A stretch of DNA of 32,728 nt from Bacteroidia bacterium (GTDB lineage Bacteria > Bacteroidota > Bacteroidia > NS11-12g > UBA9320), in contig JAQWZS010000230.1 in assembly GCA_029253325.1 (NCBI GenBank), positions 1-32,728 of the forward strand, read 5' to 3'. The notes under the pieces were generated by a model. It ran no database searches and was not told the DNA's origin. It saw nothing but the letters and a program-made list of their open reading frames with translations. Position numbers and translations under genes: made by a program. The stretch's first letter is position 1, and every line of letters begins with the position of its first letter. Shown here in pieces: positions 8,749-18,542 of this stretch.

Positions 8749-10521
8749 ATGAAACGCAACTTACTATTTATAATACTTTTAGTTTCAGTGATTAGTTCTT
8801 GTAAGAAAGAATTTTTGAATCAACCACCACTAGACCGAATTACAGAATCGGATGTTTGGAGTGATCGTGATTTGATGGATACCTACATATTCAAAATATA
8901 CGATAACATGCCTTGGGATTATTTGAAAGATTTTGGCGGTGGTGCTGGTTATGGAGCTCATCGAGATGCCTTAACTGATCTAGCTATGAGTACATACTCA
9001 TGGACACCAGCATACAATACTATTCGACCAGGGAATTGGGGTACATCAACCAATTATTGGCCATTAGATTGGTGGGGATATTACAATATCTGGAAAATTA
9101 ATTATTCCATTGAAAATATTGAACCATTAGGTGAGGATGTAATATCAAAAACAGAGAAAGATAATCGTCTAGGTGAATTATATTTTTTGAGAGCCTATTG
9201 CTATTTTGCTATGGCTAAACGTTACGGTGGTGTGCCTATCATACTGGAAACACAAGATCCAGATAATACCCCTGAAGATGAGTATTTTCCATTCAGAGAT
9301 TCTGAGGAAGCTGTTTATGATCAGGTCATTAAGGATGTCCAATTAGCATTTGATTTTTTACCAGATCGATGGTCTAGCCAAAAGGGTAGAGCTGGGAAAT
9401 GGGCTGCAAAAGCTCTTGAGTCCAGAGCTGCACTTTATGCAGCAACGATTGCAAAATATGGTACAGTTCAATTAAATGGTGTCGTTGGTATTCCGTCGGG
9501 TAAGGCATCTCAATATTTCCAGATTTCATTGGATGCTTCCAAAAAAATAATTAATGAAGGTGGATATGTACTTTTTAATCAATATCCTGATCCAGCTGAA
9601 AATTATAGTAGATTGTTTACTGATGAAACAGAAGATGAAACTATTTTCATGAAAGTATGGCTACCATATGATAAAGGACATTCGTATGATTTAAGAAATT
9701 CACCTTACAGTTATCGAGTTGATTGGGGCTCAAGTATGTCACCAACCAAAGGATTGATGGATAGTTACGAAATGTTAAATTCTGGTTTACTTCCCCGTGA
9801 GCCAAATTCTGGTTATGATCCTGACAACCCATTTGATAATCGTGATCCAAGGTTTAAGGGGACTTTACTAACGAACAATGACATCTTTCAGGGATCTCCT
9901 ATTCAAACTTGGTATGCTACTGTCAGAAATGGTGAGATTGATTACAATGCTGGTACTGGAGTAGGGAAGGATGGAATGGGTGTTCATCCTGATGCTTCAA
10001 AAACAGGTGTTTATGTTAGAAAATATCTTGCAGATGGATCTAGTCCGTTACTTATTCAACAATATTATTCAGGTCAAGATTGTATATTATTTAGATTAGG
10101 TGAGATATACTTAAATGCTGCTGAAGCTGCAATTGAACTTGGTTTGGATGGTGAAGCAAGATCTTTTATAGAACCAATTCGTATTAGAGCTGGATTGAAG
10201 CAAAATCTAGATTTTGGAACTTATTCAGGAACTGATCTTATGAACAGAATTAGAAATGAGAGAAAAATAGAGTTAGCTTTTGAAGATCATAGATATTGGG
10301 ATGTCAGAAGGTGGAGAACAGCAGAGGTTGATTTAAGTGTCATGACACAAGGGATAACATCTTTAAGATATTTGGACAATTTTGGAAACGAAACATTCAC
10401 ATATGAAATCATTGAACCAGAGCCACAAAAAACGAATTTCTTTTCAAGACATTATTACATACCAATAGGTCAAGACAGAAGAAATAATAACCCCAAACTA
10501 GTTGAAAATCCAGGTTACTAA
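8749..10521 (+). CDS. susD: SusD/RagB glycan-binding lipoprotein
   Basis: Lipobox ISSC-KKEFL, GELYFLRAYCYF...YGGVPI, RDPRF, FRLGEIYLNAAEA, ERKIELAFEDHRYWDVRRW, C-terminal ENPGY. Confidence 0.96.
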   Translation: MKRNLLFIILLVSVISSCKKEFLNQPPLDRITESDVWSDRDLMDTYIFKIYDNMPWDYLKDFGGGAGYGAHRDALTDLAMSTYSWTPAYNTIRPGNWGTSTNYWPLDWWGYYNIWKINYSIENIEPLGEDVISKTEKDNRLGELYFLRAYCYFAMAKRYGGVPIILETQDPDNTPEDEYFPFRDSEEAVYDQVIKDVQLAFDFLPDRWSSQKGRAGKWAAKALESRAALYAATIAKYGTVQLNGVVGIPSGKASQYFQISLDASKKIINEGGYVLFNQYPDPAENYSRLFTDETEDETIFMKVWLPYDKGHSYDLRNSPYSYRVDWGSSMSPTKGLMDSYEMLNSGLLPREPNSGYDPDNPFDNRDPRFKGTLLTNNDIFQGSPIQTWYATVRNGEIDYNAGTGVGKDGMGVHPDASKTGVYVRKYLADGSSPLLIQQYYSGQDCILFRLGEIYLNAAEAAIELGLDGEARSFIEPIRIRAGLKQNLDFGTYSGTDLMNRIRNERKIELAFEDHRYWDVRRWRTAEVDLSVMTQGITSLRYLDNFGNETFTYEIIEPEPQKTNFFSRHYYIPIGQDRRNNNPKLVENPGY

Positions 10522-10533
10522 TTATTATATACC

Positions 10534-11361
10534 ATGAAATTTAAAAGATACACAGTTTACATATTACCATTAATAATAACCTTTATGGGATGTATTGAAG
10601 ATAATGACAAATTAAGTGTTACTCCTGCCAATAGTGATGCAAAATTTACTTATTCCTTAGATCCTGACAATCCTAATTTATTAACATTCAAGAGTTCGCC
10701 AAGTGTTGAAACATGGTATTCTCATTGGAACTTTGGAGATAATACATCAGCTGAGGGATTAGAAGTGCAAAAAACATTTTACCTAAAAGGAGAATATGAT
10801 GTAAAATTTAAAATATTCACCGAAGGTGGAACAGCAGAATCTACTCAAACAATAGTTATTGATAATGACTTAACAGGATCTAATTTGGTCAGTAATGGTA
10901 AGATGGACAATGATTCCTCTTGGTCTTTATTATCAATTTCTCCAGGTGTTGATATCACATTTCAAGATGGAAAAGCAACATGGAGTGGCGGTGGTTGGGG
11001 ACAAACAGGAATATATCAACAATTTAACGTTGAGGCAAATAAGACTTATCAAATACAAATGGATGTTACTGGTAGCGGAATGACAGACTGTTGGTTTGAG
11101 GTATTTATTGGATCTACAACACCCTCTGATGGAGTTGATTACACAGATGGTGGAATACGATTGGGATTGAATACGTGGGATGGGTGTGGTAGTGAACCGT
11201 TCGACGGACCATTAACAAGTTTATCCTGTAGCGTTGGTGGTGGGGATGGTTCTTTTGAATTTGATGAAGATAAAAATGTTTATATTGTCATAAGAAGTGG
11301 CGGTGCTAATTTGGGTACTTCTGGCGTTTCAATTGATAATGTGACTGTGCAAGTATTGTAA
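10534..11361 (+). CDS. Surface lipoprotein with PKD domain and CBM4-like beta-sandwich (SusE-position glycan-binding protein)
   Basis: Lipobox FMGC followed by acidic IEDND, PKD motif WNFGDNTS...GEYDVKF, then NLVSNGKMD...W...GIYQQFNVEANKTY typical of CBM4-like folds; lies directly after susD. Confidence 0.75.
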   Translation: MKFKRYTVYILPLIITFMGCIEDNDKLSVTPANSDAKFTYSLDPDNPNLLTFKSSPSVETWYSHWNFGDNTSAEGLEVQKTFYLKGEYDVKFKIFTEGGTAESTQTIVIDNDLTGSNLVSNGKMDNDSSWSLLSISPGVDITFQDGKATWSGGGWGQTGIYQQFNVEANKTYQIQMDVTGSGMTDCWFEVFIGSTTPSDGVDYTDGGIRLGLNTWDGCGSEPFDGPLTSLSCSVGGGDGSFEFDEDKNVYIVIRSGGANLGTSGVSIDNVTVQVL

Positions 11362-11381
11362 AAATTTAATCTATTATTATA

Positions 11382-12419
11382 ATGAAAAGAATAATAAAAA
11401 CATTATGCATATCAATTCTATCGGTATCATCTGTTATTGCTCAGGTGAATATTACTTTTGAGTTGAATACATCAACACTTTCCAGCATTAGCCCAGAAGG
11501 CTTATTTATAGCTGGTGGAAATGGATTTGGGTTACCTGGAGATAATAGGCTATCAGATTTAGATGGTGATGGTGTATATACTATTACACTTCAAAAAGAA
11601 AGGGGCTTTTCGAGCTTTTTTATCTTTCTTAATGGAAACTGTAGTGTTTGGTCATGTAAAGAAAAATTAGCTGGCTTACCTTGTTCAGATTCTGAAAATT
11701 TTGATGATCGTTTCTTACCTCCAGTTATGTCTGATACGATAATAAAAGCTTGCTATAGTACATGTGATAATGATGGAAGCTGCACAATTATTACTGATTC
11801 TGTTGATCTTACATTTGAATTGAATACTGCTGAAATTGAAGTTGATCCGGGAGGATTATTTTTAGCGGGAGGTAGTGGTTTTGGTGTTGCTGGAGATTAT
11901 CCCATGATTGATCCAGAAGATGATGGCATTTATACTGTAACTGTAAGACGTGCCAAAGGATTTTTTAGTTATTATACTTTTCTTAATGGAAATTGTGGGG
12001 ATTGGTCATGTAAGGAAAATATCGAAGGTCAATCATGTGCTTATCCCGATGCATTTAATGATCGATTTATCCCTTCGGTTAAGGGTGATACAATAATCAA
12101 AACTTGTTTTGCTAAATGTACCAGTGATGGCTTGTGTATGATAGCAAATATTGGGCAACTAAAAATGGATAATGAATTATTTAATATTCGACCTACTTTG
12201 GTTAATGACTATATCAATGTAAGCTTTGATAATCATTATATATCGTTAGATAAAAAGATAAAAGTTGTTAATTACTCAGGTAAGATTTTTGAATCTTTGA
12301 TGTCAACGAATCAAGTTAAATTATCATTAAACACGATAGCTTATCCAAGTGGTGTTTATTTCATTACAATTCAAACTAATAATAAAATCCTAACACAGAA
12401 ATTTATTGTTCAGAAATAA
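11382..12419 (+). CDS. Secreted protein with two tandem Cys-rich domains and a type-A T9SS CTD
   Basis: Signal peptide ending VIA|Q, two ~112-aa repeats with 6 Cys each, C-terminal PSGVYFITI...TQKFIVQK. Confidence 0.8.
   Translation: MKRIIKTLCISILSVSSVIAQVNITFELNTSTLSSISPEGLFIAGGNGFGLPGDNRLSDLDGDGVYTITLQKERGFSSFFIFLNGNCSVWSCKEKLAGLPCSDSENFDDRFLPPVMSDTIIKACYSTCDNDGSCTIITDSVDLTFELNTAEIEVDPGGLFLAGGSGFGVAGDYPMIDPEDDGIYTVTVRRAKGFFSYYTFLNGNCGDWSCKENIEGQSCAYPDAFNDRFIPSVKGDTIIKTCFAKCTSDGLCMIANIGQLKMDNELFNIRPTLVNDYINVSFDNHYISLDKKIKVVNYSGKIFESLMSTNQVKLSLNTIAYPSGVYFITIQTNNKILTQKFIVQK
11445..12137 (+). repeat. Intragenic tandem domain duplication (11445-11783 and 11802-12137)
   Basis: Shared TFELNT, GLF(I/L)AGGxGFG, DG(V/I)YT, FLNGNC, WSCKE, DRF, DTIIKxC, DGxC; DNA similarity is also visible (tttcttaatggaaa...tggtcatgtaa). 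Confidence 0.92.
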
Positions 12420-12420
12420 A

Positions 12421-15162
12421 ATGATATATATAAAAATTAAGAAATATTTATTGCAAACTAGTCTGTTTTTCTTTATTTCATTGGGTGCCAATGCCCAACA
12501 TTTTTTGAGTACAAAAGGAAAAGCCATTGTTAATGAAAACCAAGATACCATTCTCCTGAGAGGTATGGGACTCGGTGGATGGATGGTCAAAGAAGGCTAC
12601 ATGATACAAACGAATGGTTTTGCAAATGCTCAATATGAGATAATGGATGCTATAGAAGATCTTATTGGTAAACAAAATACAGATACTTTCAATAATTTAT
12701 GGTTAACAAACCATGTTACAAAGATTGATATTGATTCACTAAAATCTTGGGGATTCAACTCTGTGCGTGTACCCATGCACTATAATTTATTTACATTACC
12801 TGTAGAAGAGGAACCCATAGAAGGACAACAAACATGGCTGACTATAGGATTCGAATTGTTAGATAGTCTTATTGATTGGTGTGAAGAAAAGGAAATGTAT
12901 GTTATTTTAGATTTACATGCAGCTCCAGGTGGACAAGGGAAAGATGCTGCTATATCAGATTATAACCCAACGAAACCATCTTTATGGGAAAGCAAGGATA
13001 ATAGAGATAAGATGGTTGCATTATGGAGAAAAATTGCTCAAAGATATGCTGATGAACAGTGGGTTGCCGGTTATGATTTATTAAATGAAACTAACTGGGA
13101 CCTTCCTGGCGGGGTTGCAATTAAAAATTTATACAAAGAAATTACAGATAGCATTCGTAGAGTTGATCAAAAACACATAATCTTTATCGAAGGGAATTGG
13201 TTTGCTAATGATTTTACTGGGTTGACACCCCCTTGGGATATTAACTTAGTTTATTCTCCACACAAGTACTGGTCGTTCAATGATCAATCATCTATAGGGA
13301 GTTTCCTAGAAATAAAAAACAAGTATAACGTACCTCTGTATCTTGGAGAAACAGGTGAAAATTCCAATGAGTGGTTTCAAAGTGCTGTCAAATTATATGA
13401 GGATAATAATATTGGGTGGGCGTGGTGGCCATTAAAAAAGATAGAATCTGTTGCAGGACCTGTATCTATCAATAAAAGTGAGGGTTATCAAATACTTTTG
13501 GATTACTGGAATAATGGGGGATCAAAGCCCTCTGTTGAATTTTCTAAAAAGGTATTGTTCCAATTAACTGAGGACTTGAAAATTGAAAATTGTCGATATC
13601 AAAAAGACGTAACTGATGCCTTGTTTAGACAGCCTTTTACTGATGAAACCATCCCCTTTTCAATACATACGATTCCAGGTATGGTATATGCACCCGATTA
13701 CGATCTGGGTAAAGCAGGTATGGCTTACGGTGATTTCGATGAAGCTAACTACTCTGTTTCAACTGGAGAATATACTGCTTGGAACAACGGATGGGCGTAT
13801 CGAAATGATGGTGTAGATATAGAAAAATGTGAAGATTTATCCAGTAACGGGTTTTCTATTGGTTTTTTAAATAGCGACGAATGGACTCAGTATGAAGTTA
13901 ATATTGAATCCGATGGGGTCTATGATTTAAATGTAAGAACAGCATCAGGAGGTTCAGGAGGCCGTATGTATTTTACTATGGATAATCAAAGTATTACAGA
14001 GTCTAAATTTGTTTACCCCTCTGGTGGTTGGCAAAAATGGGAAACTACTACTATTTCTGACATAATCTTAAACCAAGGAAATCATAAACTGAGATTTTAT
14101 GTTGATCGAGCGGGTTTTAATGTCAATAGTTTTGAATTCATAAAAAGTTCAATAAGTATAAATGATTTGACTACAAAATATCTAACTGCTGAAACATCAG
14201 ACGAGTATAATATTCAAATGAATATCAATAAGGATTTATCTTTTGATGATAAAATTAATTTAAATGATTTTCAAATTTCTGTGAACGGTTCTATCATTCC
14301 GGTAAGATCAGCATTTGTGGATCCGAATAATTCTAAAATTATTAATTTCAATCTAAACCAAATCCTTATTTATTCAGATATTATTAAAATTTCATACTCT
14401 GGAAATCAACTTAAAGCTACTGATGGGTCTGATCTTGAAGTATTTTCTTTAAAAAATGTCAGAAATACTCTGAGTTTTGTTTACCAAATACCAACAAAGA
14501 TTGAATCAGAAGACTTTACCTATCAAGAGGGTGTTGAGTTAGAAGAAACCTCAGATGTTGGCGGTGGAATGAATGTTGGGTACCTCGACCCAAATGATTA
14601 CCTTGATTATGAAATAAACGTAACTTCCTCTGGGGAGTATCAAATTAACTTTAGAACTGCTGCTCAGTTTGGAATAGGTTCGTTGAAATTACAATTTATA
14701 GATACGGCAGGTGTTTTATCACAAATTAGTAACCCTGTATTTTCATCAACTGGGGATTGGCAAAATTGGAAAACAACCAGTGAAGTAGTTCAATTAGATG
14801 CTGGTAGGTATACTATGAGGATTCTGATTACACAATCTCCTTTCAATTTAAATTGGGTCGAGTTCATAGCAAAATCTTTAAGTACACAAGATAAAATTAC
14901 TCAATCAAAATCTGTTTCATTATTTCCTAATCCGTGCAAGAATTTATTTAATATCCAATTTATCTCAGATCATATACAAGATATTAATTTATTTATTTGT
15001 GATTTTAGCGGTAAGATAATAGCTTCCAAAGACTGTTCAAAAACATTATATCTTGACGAACAAATTTCGTTAAGAGATTACCCCGTAGGAATATATCTTA
15101 TAAAATTGAGATTAGAGAATGGTTCTATATGTACAAAAAGATTAATTAAAACAAACCCATAA
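12421..15162 (+). CDS. Multimodular GH5 glycoside hydrolase (GH5_46-like) + CBM6-like + SwmB-like + CBM6-like + type-A T9SS CTD
   Basis: LRGMGLGGWM, GFNSVRVP, LDLHAAPGGQ, acid/base YDLLNE, nucleophile YLGETGEN, two CBM6-like modules (SGGWQKW, TGDWQNW) and a LFPNP...GIYLIKL CTD. ATG at 12421 is preferred over the track's TTG at 12406. The subfamily is recalled, not verified. Confidence 0.88.
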   Translation: MIYIKIKKYLLQTSLFFFISLGANAQHFLSTKGKAIVNENQDTILLRGMGLGGWMVKEGYMIQTNGFANAQYEIMDAIEDLIGKQNTDTFNNLWLTNHVTKIDIDSLKSWGFNSVRVPMHYNLFTLPVEEEPIEGQQTWLTIGFELLDSLIDWCEEKEMYVILDLHAAPGGQGKDAAISDYNPTKPSLWESKDNRDKMVALWRKIAQRYADEQWVAGYDLLNETNWDLPGGVAIKNLYKEITDSIRRVDQKHIIFIEGNWFANDFTGLTPPWDINLVYSPHKYWSFNDQSSIGSFLEIKNKYNVPLYLGETGENSNEWFQSAVKLYEDNNIGWAWWPLKKIESVAGPVSINKSEGYQILLDYWNNGGSKPSVEFSKKVLFQLTEDLKIENCRYQKDVTDALFRQPFTDETIPFSIHTIPGMVYAPDYDLGKAGMAYGDFDEANYSVSTGEYTAWNNGWAYRNDGVDIEKCEDLSSNGFSIGFLNSDEWTQYEVNIESDGVYDLNVRTASGGSGGRMYFTMDNQSITESKFVYPSGGWQKWETTTISDIILNQGNHKLRFYVDRAGFNVNSFEFIKSSISINDLTTKYLTAETSDEYNIQMNINKDLSFDDKINLNDFQISVNGSIIPVRSAFVDPNNSKIINFNLNQILIYSDIIKISYSGNQLKATDGSDLEVFSLKNVRNTLSFVYQIPTKIESEDFTYQEGVELEETSDVGGGMNVGYLDPNDYLDYEINVTSSGEYQINFRTAAQFGIGSLKLQFIDTAGVLSQISNPVFSSTGDWQNWKTTSEVVQLDAGRYTMRILITQSPFNLNWVEFIAKSLSTQDKITQSKSVSLFPNPCKNLFNIQFISDHIQDINLFICDFSGKIIASKDCSKTLYLDEQISLRDYPVGIYLIKLRLENGSICTKRLIKTNP

Positions 15163-15183
15163 GTATCTCTAAGATCTTAAATT

Positions 15184-17040
15184 ATGAATCGTTTGAATTA
15201 TAATGCAAAGTTAGTTTGGTTATGTTTTTTTACCATTCTATTGATGTTTTCTAACCTGTTGATAGGGAAAAATAAACATCCTTTTCAGATTCCTATTTAT
15301 GATAAGTTTCAAGTTGATTCATCAGCTTCTTATGAAGTACAGATTAATCAAATAATAAGTCTCATGTCTCTTGATGAAAAGATTGGTCAAATGACACAGG
15401 TTCGACATTTTGACGATATCAATTCAAATGATGTTACTGATAAATTTATTGGCTCTGTAATTCACACACAAGGCCCTTCACCTGGAGAGGGAGCAATGGG
15501 CTGGCAGGGAAAGTTTAAGAGACTTCAAAGTAAGGCATTGGAGACAAGATTAGGTATTCCTTTATTATTTGCAGTCGATGCCATCCATGGACAGAACACA
15601 TATAATGGTGCGACTATATTCCCACATAATATCGGAATGGGAGCAACCCATAATCCAAGGTTGATTGAAAAATCAGCAGCGATAACTGCTCTTGAAACCC
15701 AAGCTACAGGATTTAATTGGACGTTTTCTCCTTGCATAGCCATTCCATATAATGAAAAATGGGGTCGTGTTTATGAAGCGTATTCAGAAAGTACTGATTT
15801 GACCTCAAAGCTTGTGAGTGCATCTATAAGAGGATATCAAGGTGATTTGTCAGCACCACATACTGTTATGGCCACAGCAAAGCACTTTATTGGTGATGGT
15901 TCAACGGATTACGGAAAAGAGGGTGGCGAAATATCTCTAACCATGCAAGAGATCAGTCAACGATTGTTACCACCATACAAACAAGCAGTAAAAGAAGGAG
16001 TTGGTTCGATCATGGTTTCTTTTTCGTCATTGTCTGGTATACCCTTACATGCTCACAAAGAGTTAATTATGGATACGCTCAAGGATGCTATGGGTTTTGA
16101 TGGTATTGTTGTATCTGATTGGAAAGGGTATTCACGTTTTGGTAAAAATGAGATTATTAATGCAGGTGTCGATTTAATAATGGCTGTAGATGGCGACTTA
16201 AATATATTTCAATCAGGGCTAAAAAGTGCCGTCAAAAGTGGACAGGTTAATCAAAGTAGAATTAATGATGCTGTTAGACGTATTTTAAGGCAAAAATTTA
16301 GGCTAGGTTTATTTCAAAACCCTTTCCCAGATCCTAGTCTAGTATCACATATTGGTAAATCTTCCCATCGATTAATCGCAAAACAAGCCGTTAGGGAATC
16401 CCTTGTTTTACTAAAACATCAAGGTAATGTGTTACCAATTAAAAAAGATTGTAAAAAAATTGTTGTAGTAGGCGAGCATGCTGATAATGTGGGTTTGCAA
16501 TCGGGTGGTTGGACACTCGCTTGGCAAGGAGTTAGTGAAAATTATTCAAGAGCAACATCTATTCTAGAGGGTATCCAAAAAGTAGCAAAGGGACAGGTGG
16601 TTTACGATCCATATGCTCAATACAATCATTCTGATGCTGATGTCATTATCGTTGTTGTTGGAGAAACACCCTATGCTGAATTTATGGGAGATATTACTAA
16701 TGGGGAAAATAAACACCAACTAACGTTATCAAAAAAACACCAGGCCTATGTCAGTTCTTCTGTTAATAGTGAATCGAAGGTAATTACCATTTTAATTTCT
16801 GGTAGGCCCTTAATTGTATCTCAGCAGATTGAACAATCAGATGCATTTATTGCCGCATGGCTTCCAGGTTCTGAAGGGGATGGAGTTGCTGAGGTGTTAT
16901 TTGGTGAATATAATTTTACGGGGAAACTTCCTCATTCATGGCCTAAATCATTTGCAAACTTTGAGGGTAAATACGGACCTAATTTTTGGGATGAATCCAA
17001 TATTCCACTTTTTAAATATGGCTATGGTCTTCAATATTAA
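15184..17040 (+). CDS. GH3 beta-glucosidase / exo-beta-glucanase (two-domain, barley ExoI-like)
   Basis: EKIGQMTQ, TRLGIPLLFAVDAIHG, WGRVYE, KHFIGDG, nucleophile VVSDW, acid/base GETPYAE, AWLPGSEG, ending LFKYGYGL without an Fn3 domain. Confidence 0.93.
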   Translation: MNRLNYNAKLVWLCFFTILLMFSNLLIGKNKHPFQIPIYDKFQVDSSASYEVQINQIISLMSLDEKIGQMTQVRHFDDINSNDVTDKFIGSVIHTQGPSPGEGAMGWQGKFKRLQSKALETRLGIPLLFAVDAIHGQNTYNGATIFPHNIGMGATHNPRLIEKSAAITALETQATGFNWTFSPCIAIPYNEKWGRVYEAYSESTDLTSKLVSASIRGYQGDLSAPHTVMATAKHFIGDGSTDYGKEGGEISLTMQEISQRLLPPYKQAVKEGVGSIMVSFSSLSGIPLHAHKELIMDTLKDAMGFDGIVVSDWKGYSRFGKNEIINAGVDLIMAVDGDLNIFQSGLKSAVKSGQVNQSRINDAVRRILRQKFRLGLFQNPFPDPSLVSHIGKSSHRLIAKQAVRESLVLLKHQGNVLPIKKDCKKIVVVGEHADNVGLQSGGWTLAWQGVSENYSRATSILEGIQKVAKGQVVYDPYAQYNHSDADVIIVVVGETPYAEFMGDITNGENKHQLTLSKKHQAYVSSSVNSESKVITILISGRPLIVSQQIEQSDAFIAAWLPGSEGDGVAEVLFGEYNFTGKLPHSWPKSFANFEGKYGPNFWDESNIPLFKYGYGLQY

Positions 17041-17075
17041 ATTTGCACTATGTATTGTATAACTAAGCTATTTTT

Positions 17076-18542
17076 ATGAATCATAATACTTTCAGTCTCA
17101 TATTACTTCTAATGGTATGTGGGATTATAACTGTCGATACTTTTGGACAATCTCAAGTTCAATCAAATTTTGTAAAAAATACAGATACTGTATTGGTCTA
17201 TTCGACTGCAAAAGATACAGATTTAAAGTTATCACTAGTCTCTAAACCTACTTTCAAACTAGCAAACCAACCTTTGGAAACAGAGGTGTCCATTTTTGTA
17301 AATCCTAACAAAACCTTTCAAACCTTTTTCGGTATAGGTGGGGCTATTACTGATGCTTCTTCAGAGGTTTTTGCGTGCTTACCCAAGTCTAAACAAGAAG
17401 AATTTTTAAAAGCATATTTTAGTGTTGATGATGGCATTGGTTATTCATTGGCTCGAACTCATATTCACAGTTGTGATTTTAGTAGAGAGAGTTATACCTA
17501 TGTGTCAGATAAAGATAAATTTTTAAAAACCTTTACTATTGACCATGACAAGAAATACCGTATTCCATTAATCAAGCGAGCTATAGCAATGGCTAATGGT
17601 CAATTGCCATTGTATGTAAGCCCTTGGAGTCCACCATCATTTATGAAGAGTAACAACAGTATGCTTCGTGGAGGTAAGTTATTGCCAGAGTATCGAGATG
17701 CTTGGGCTTTGTACTACGCTAAATTCATTAAAGCATACGAAAAAGAGAATGTTCCGATATGGGGGCTGACCATTCAAAACGAACCTATGGCTACGCAACG
17801 TTGGGAATCTTGTATTTACACCGCTGAGGAAGAAAGAGACTTTTTGAAAAATAATTTGGGACCTACACTAGAAAAAGAGGGATTAGGTGACAAAAAAATC
17901 ATTGTTTGGGACCATAATCGAGATTTGATTGTCAATCGTGCAAACACAATTTTTGATGATCCTGAAGCATCAAAATATGCTTGGGGTATCGGATTTCATT
18001 GGTATGAAACTTGGACAGGTGGAGATCCCATGTTTTCCAATTTAGGCAATGTCAATGAGTCTTATCCATCGAAAAATCTAGTATTTACTGAAGGATGCAA
18101 TGAGGGGTTTGATTCATCTAAGTATCAGTATTGGCCAAATGCTGAACGCTATGGTCGTTCGATGATTAATGATTTTAATAATGGGACAGTTGCTTGGACA
18201 GATTGGAACATACTTTTAGATGAAACTGGTGGACCAAATCATGTAATGAATTTATGTTTTGCTCCGATACATGCCAATACCCAAACAGGTGATTTAATCT
18301 ATACACCTAGTTACTATTATATCGGTCACTTTTCTAAATTTATCAGACCTGGAGCTAAACGAATGAGTACAGTATCTAGTAGAAGCATATTAGAAGCAAC
18401 TTCTTTTGTACATGATGATGGTCAAATGGTTACCGTGGTAATGAATCCTAAGGATGAAAAAATCAGATATCACTTGTACATAGATTCTATGTCAATATCA
18501 TCAGAGATATTGCCCCATTCAATGCAGACCATAGTGTATTAA
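17076..18542 (+). CDS. GH30 (GH30_1 / glucosylceramidase-like) glycoside hydrolase, probable beta-1,6-glucosidase
   Basis: GIGGAITDAS, IHSCDFS, SPWSPP, acid/base IQNEP, WDHNRD, FHWYE, nucleophile FTEGC, WTDWN, GGPNH, YYIGHFSKFIRPGA. Confidence 0.92.
   Translation: MNHNTFSLILLLMVCGIITVDTFGQSQVQSNFVKNTDTVLVYSTAKDTDLKLSLVSKPTFKLANQPLETEVSIFVNPNKTFQTFFGIGGAITDASSEVFACLPKSKQEEFLKAYFSVDDGIGYSLARTHIHSCDFSRESYTYVSDKDKFLKTFTIDHDKKYRIPLIKRAIAMANGQLPLYVSPWSPPSFMKSNNSMLRGGKLLPEYRDAWALYYAKFIKAYEKENVPIWGLTIQNEPMATQRWESCIYTAEEERDFLKNNLGPTLEKEGLGDKKIIVWDHNRDLIVNRANTIFDDPEASKYAWGIGFHWYETWTGGDPMFSNLGNVNESYPSKNLVFTEGCNEGFDSSKYQYWPNAERYGRSMINDFNNGTVAWTDWNILLDETGGPNHVMNLCFAPIHANTQTGDLIYTPSYYYIGHFSKFIRPGAKRMSTVSSRSILEATSFVHDDGQMVTVVMNPKDEKIRYHLYIDSMSISSEILPHSMQTIVY

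Noticed and set aside
15170-15179. Palindrome TAAGATCTTA between GH5 and GH3
   Set aside because: Only 10 bp and AT-rich; likely chance
3197-17062. Short nested ORFs within PUL genes (3197, 9647, 10895, 12390, 12478, 13616, 15525, 16814)
   Set aside because: 62-82 aa out-of-frame or antisense ORFs overlapping well-supported genes; expected by chance
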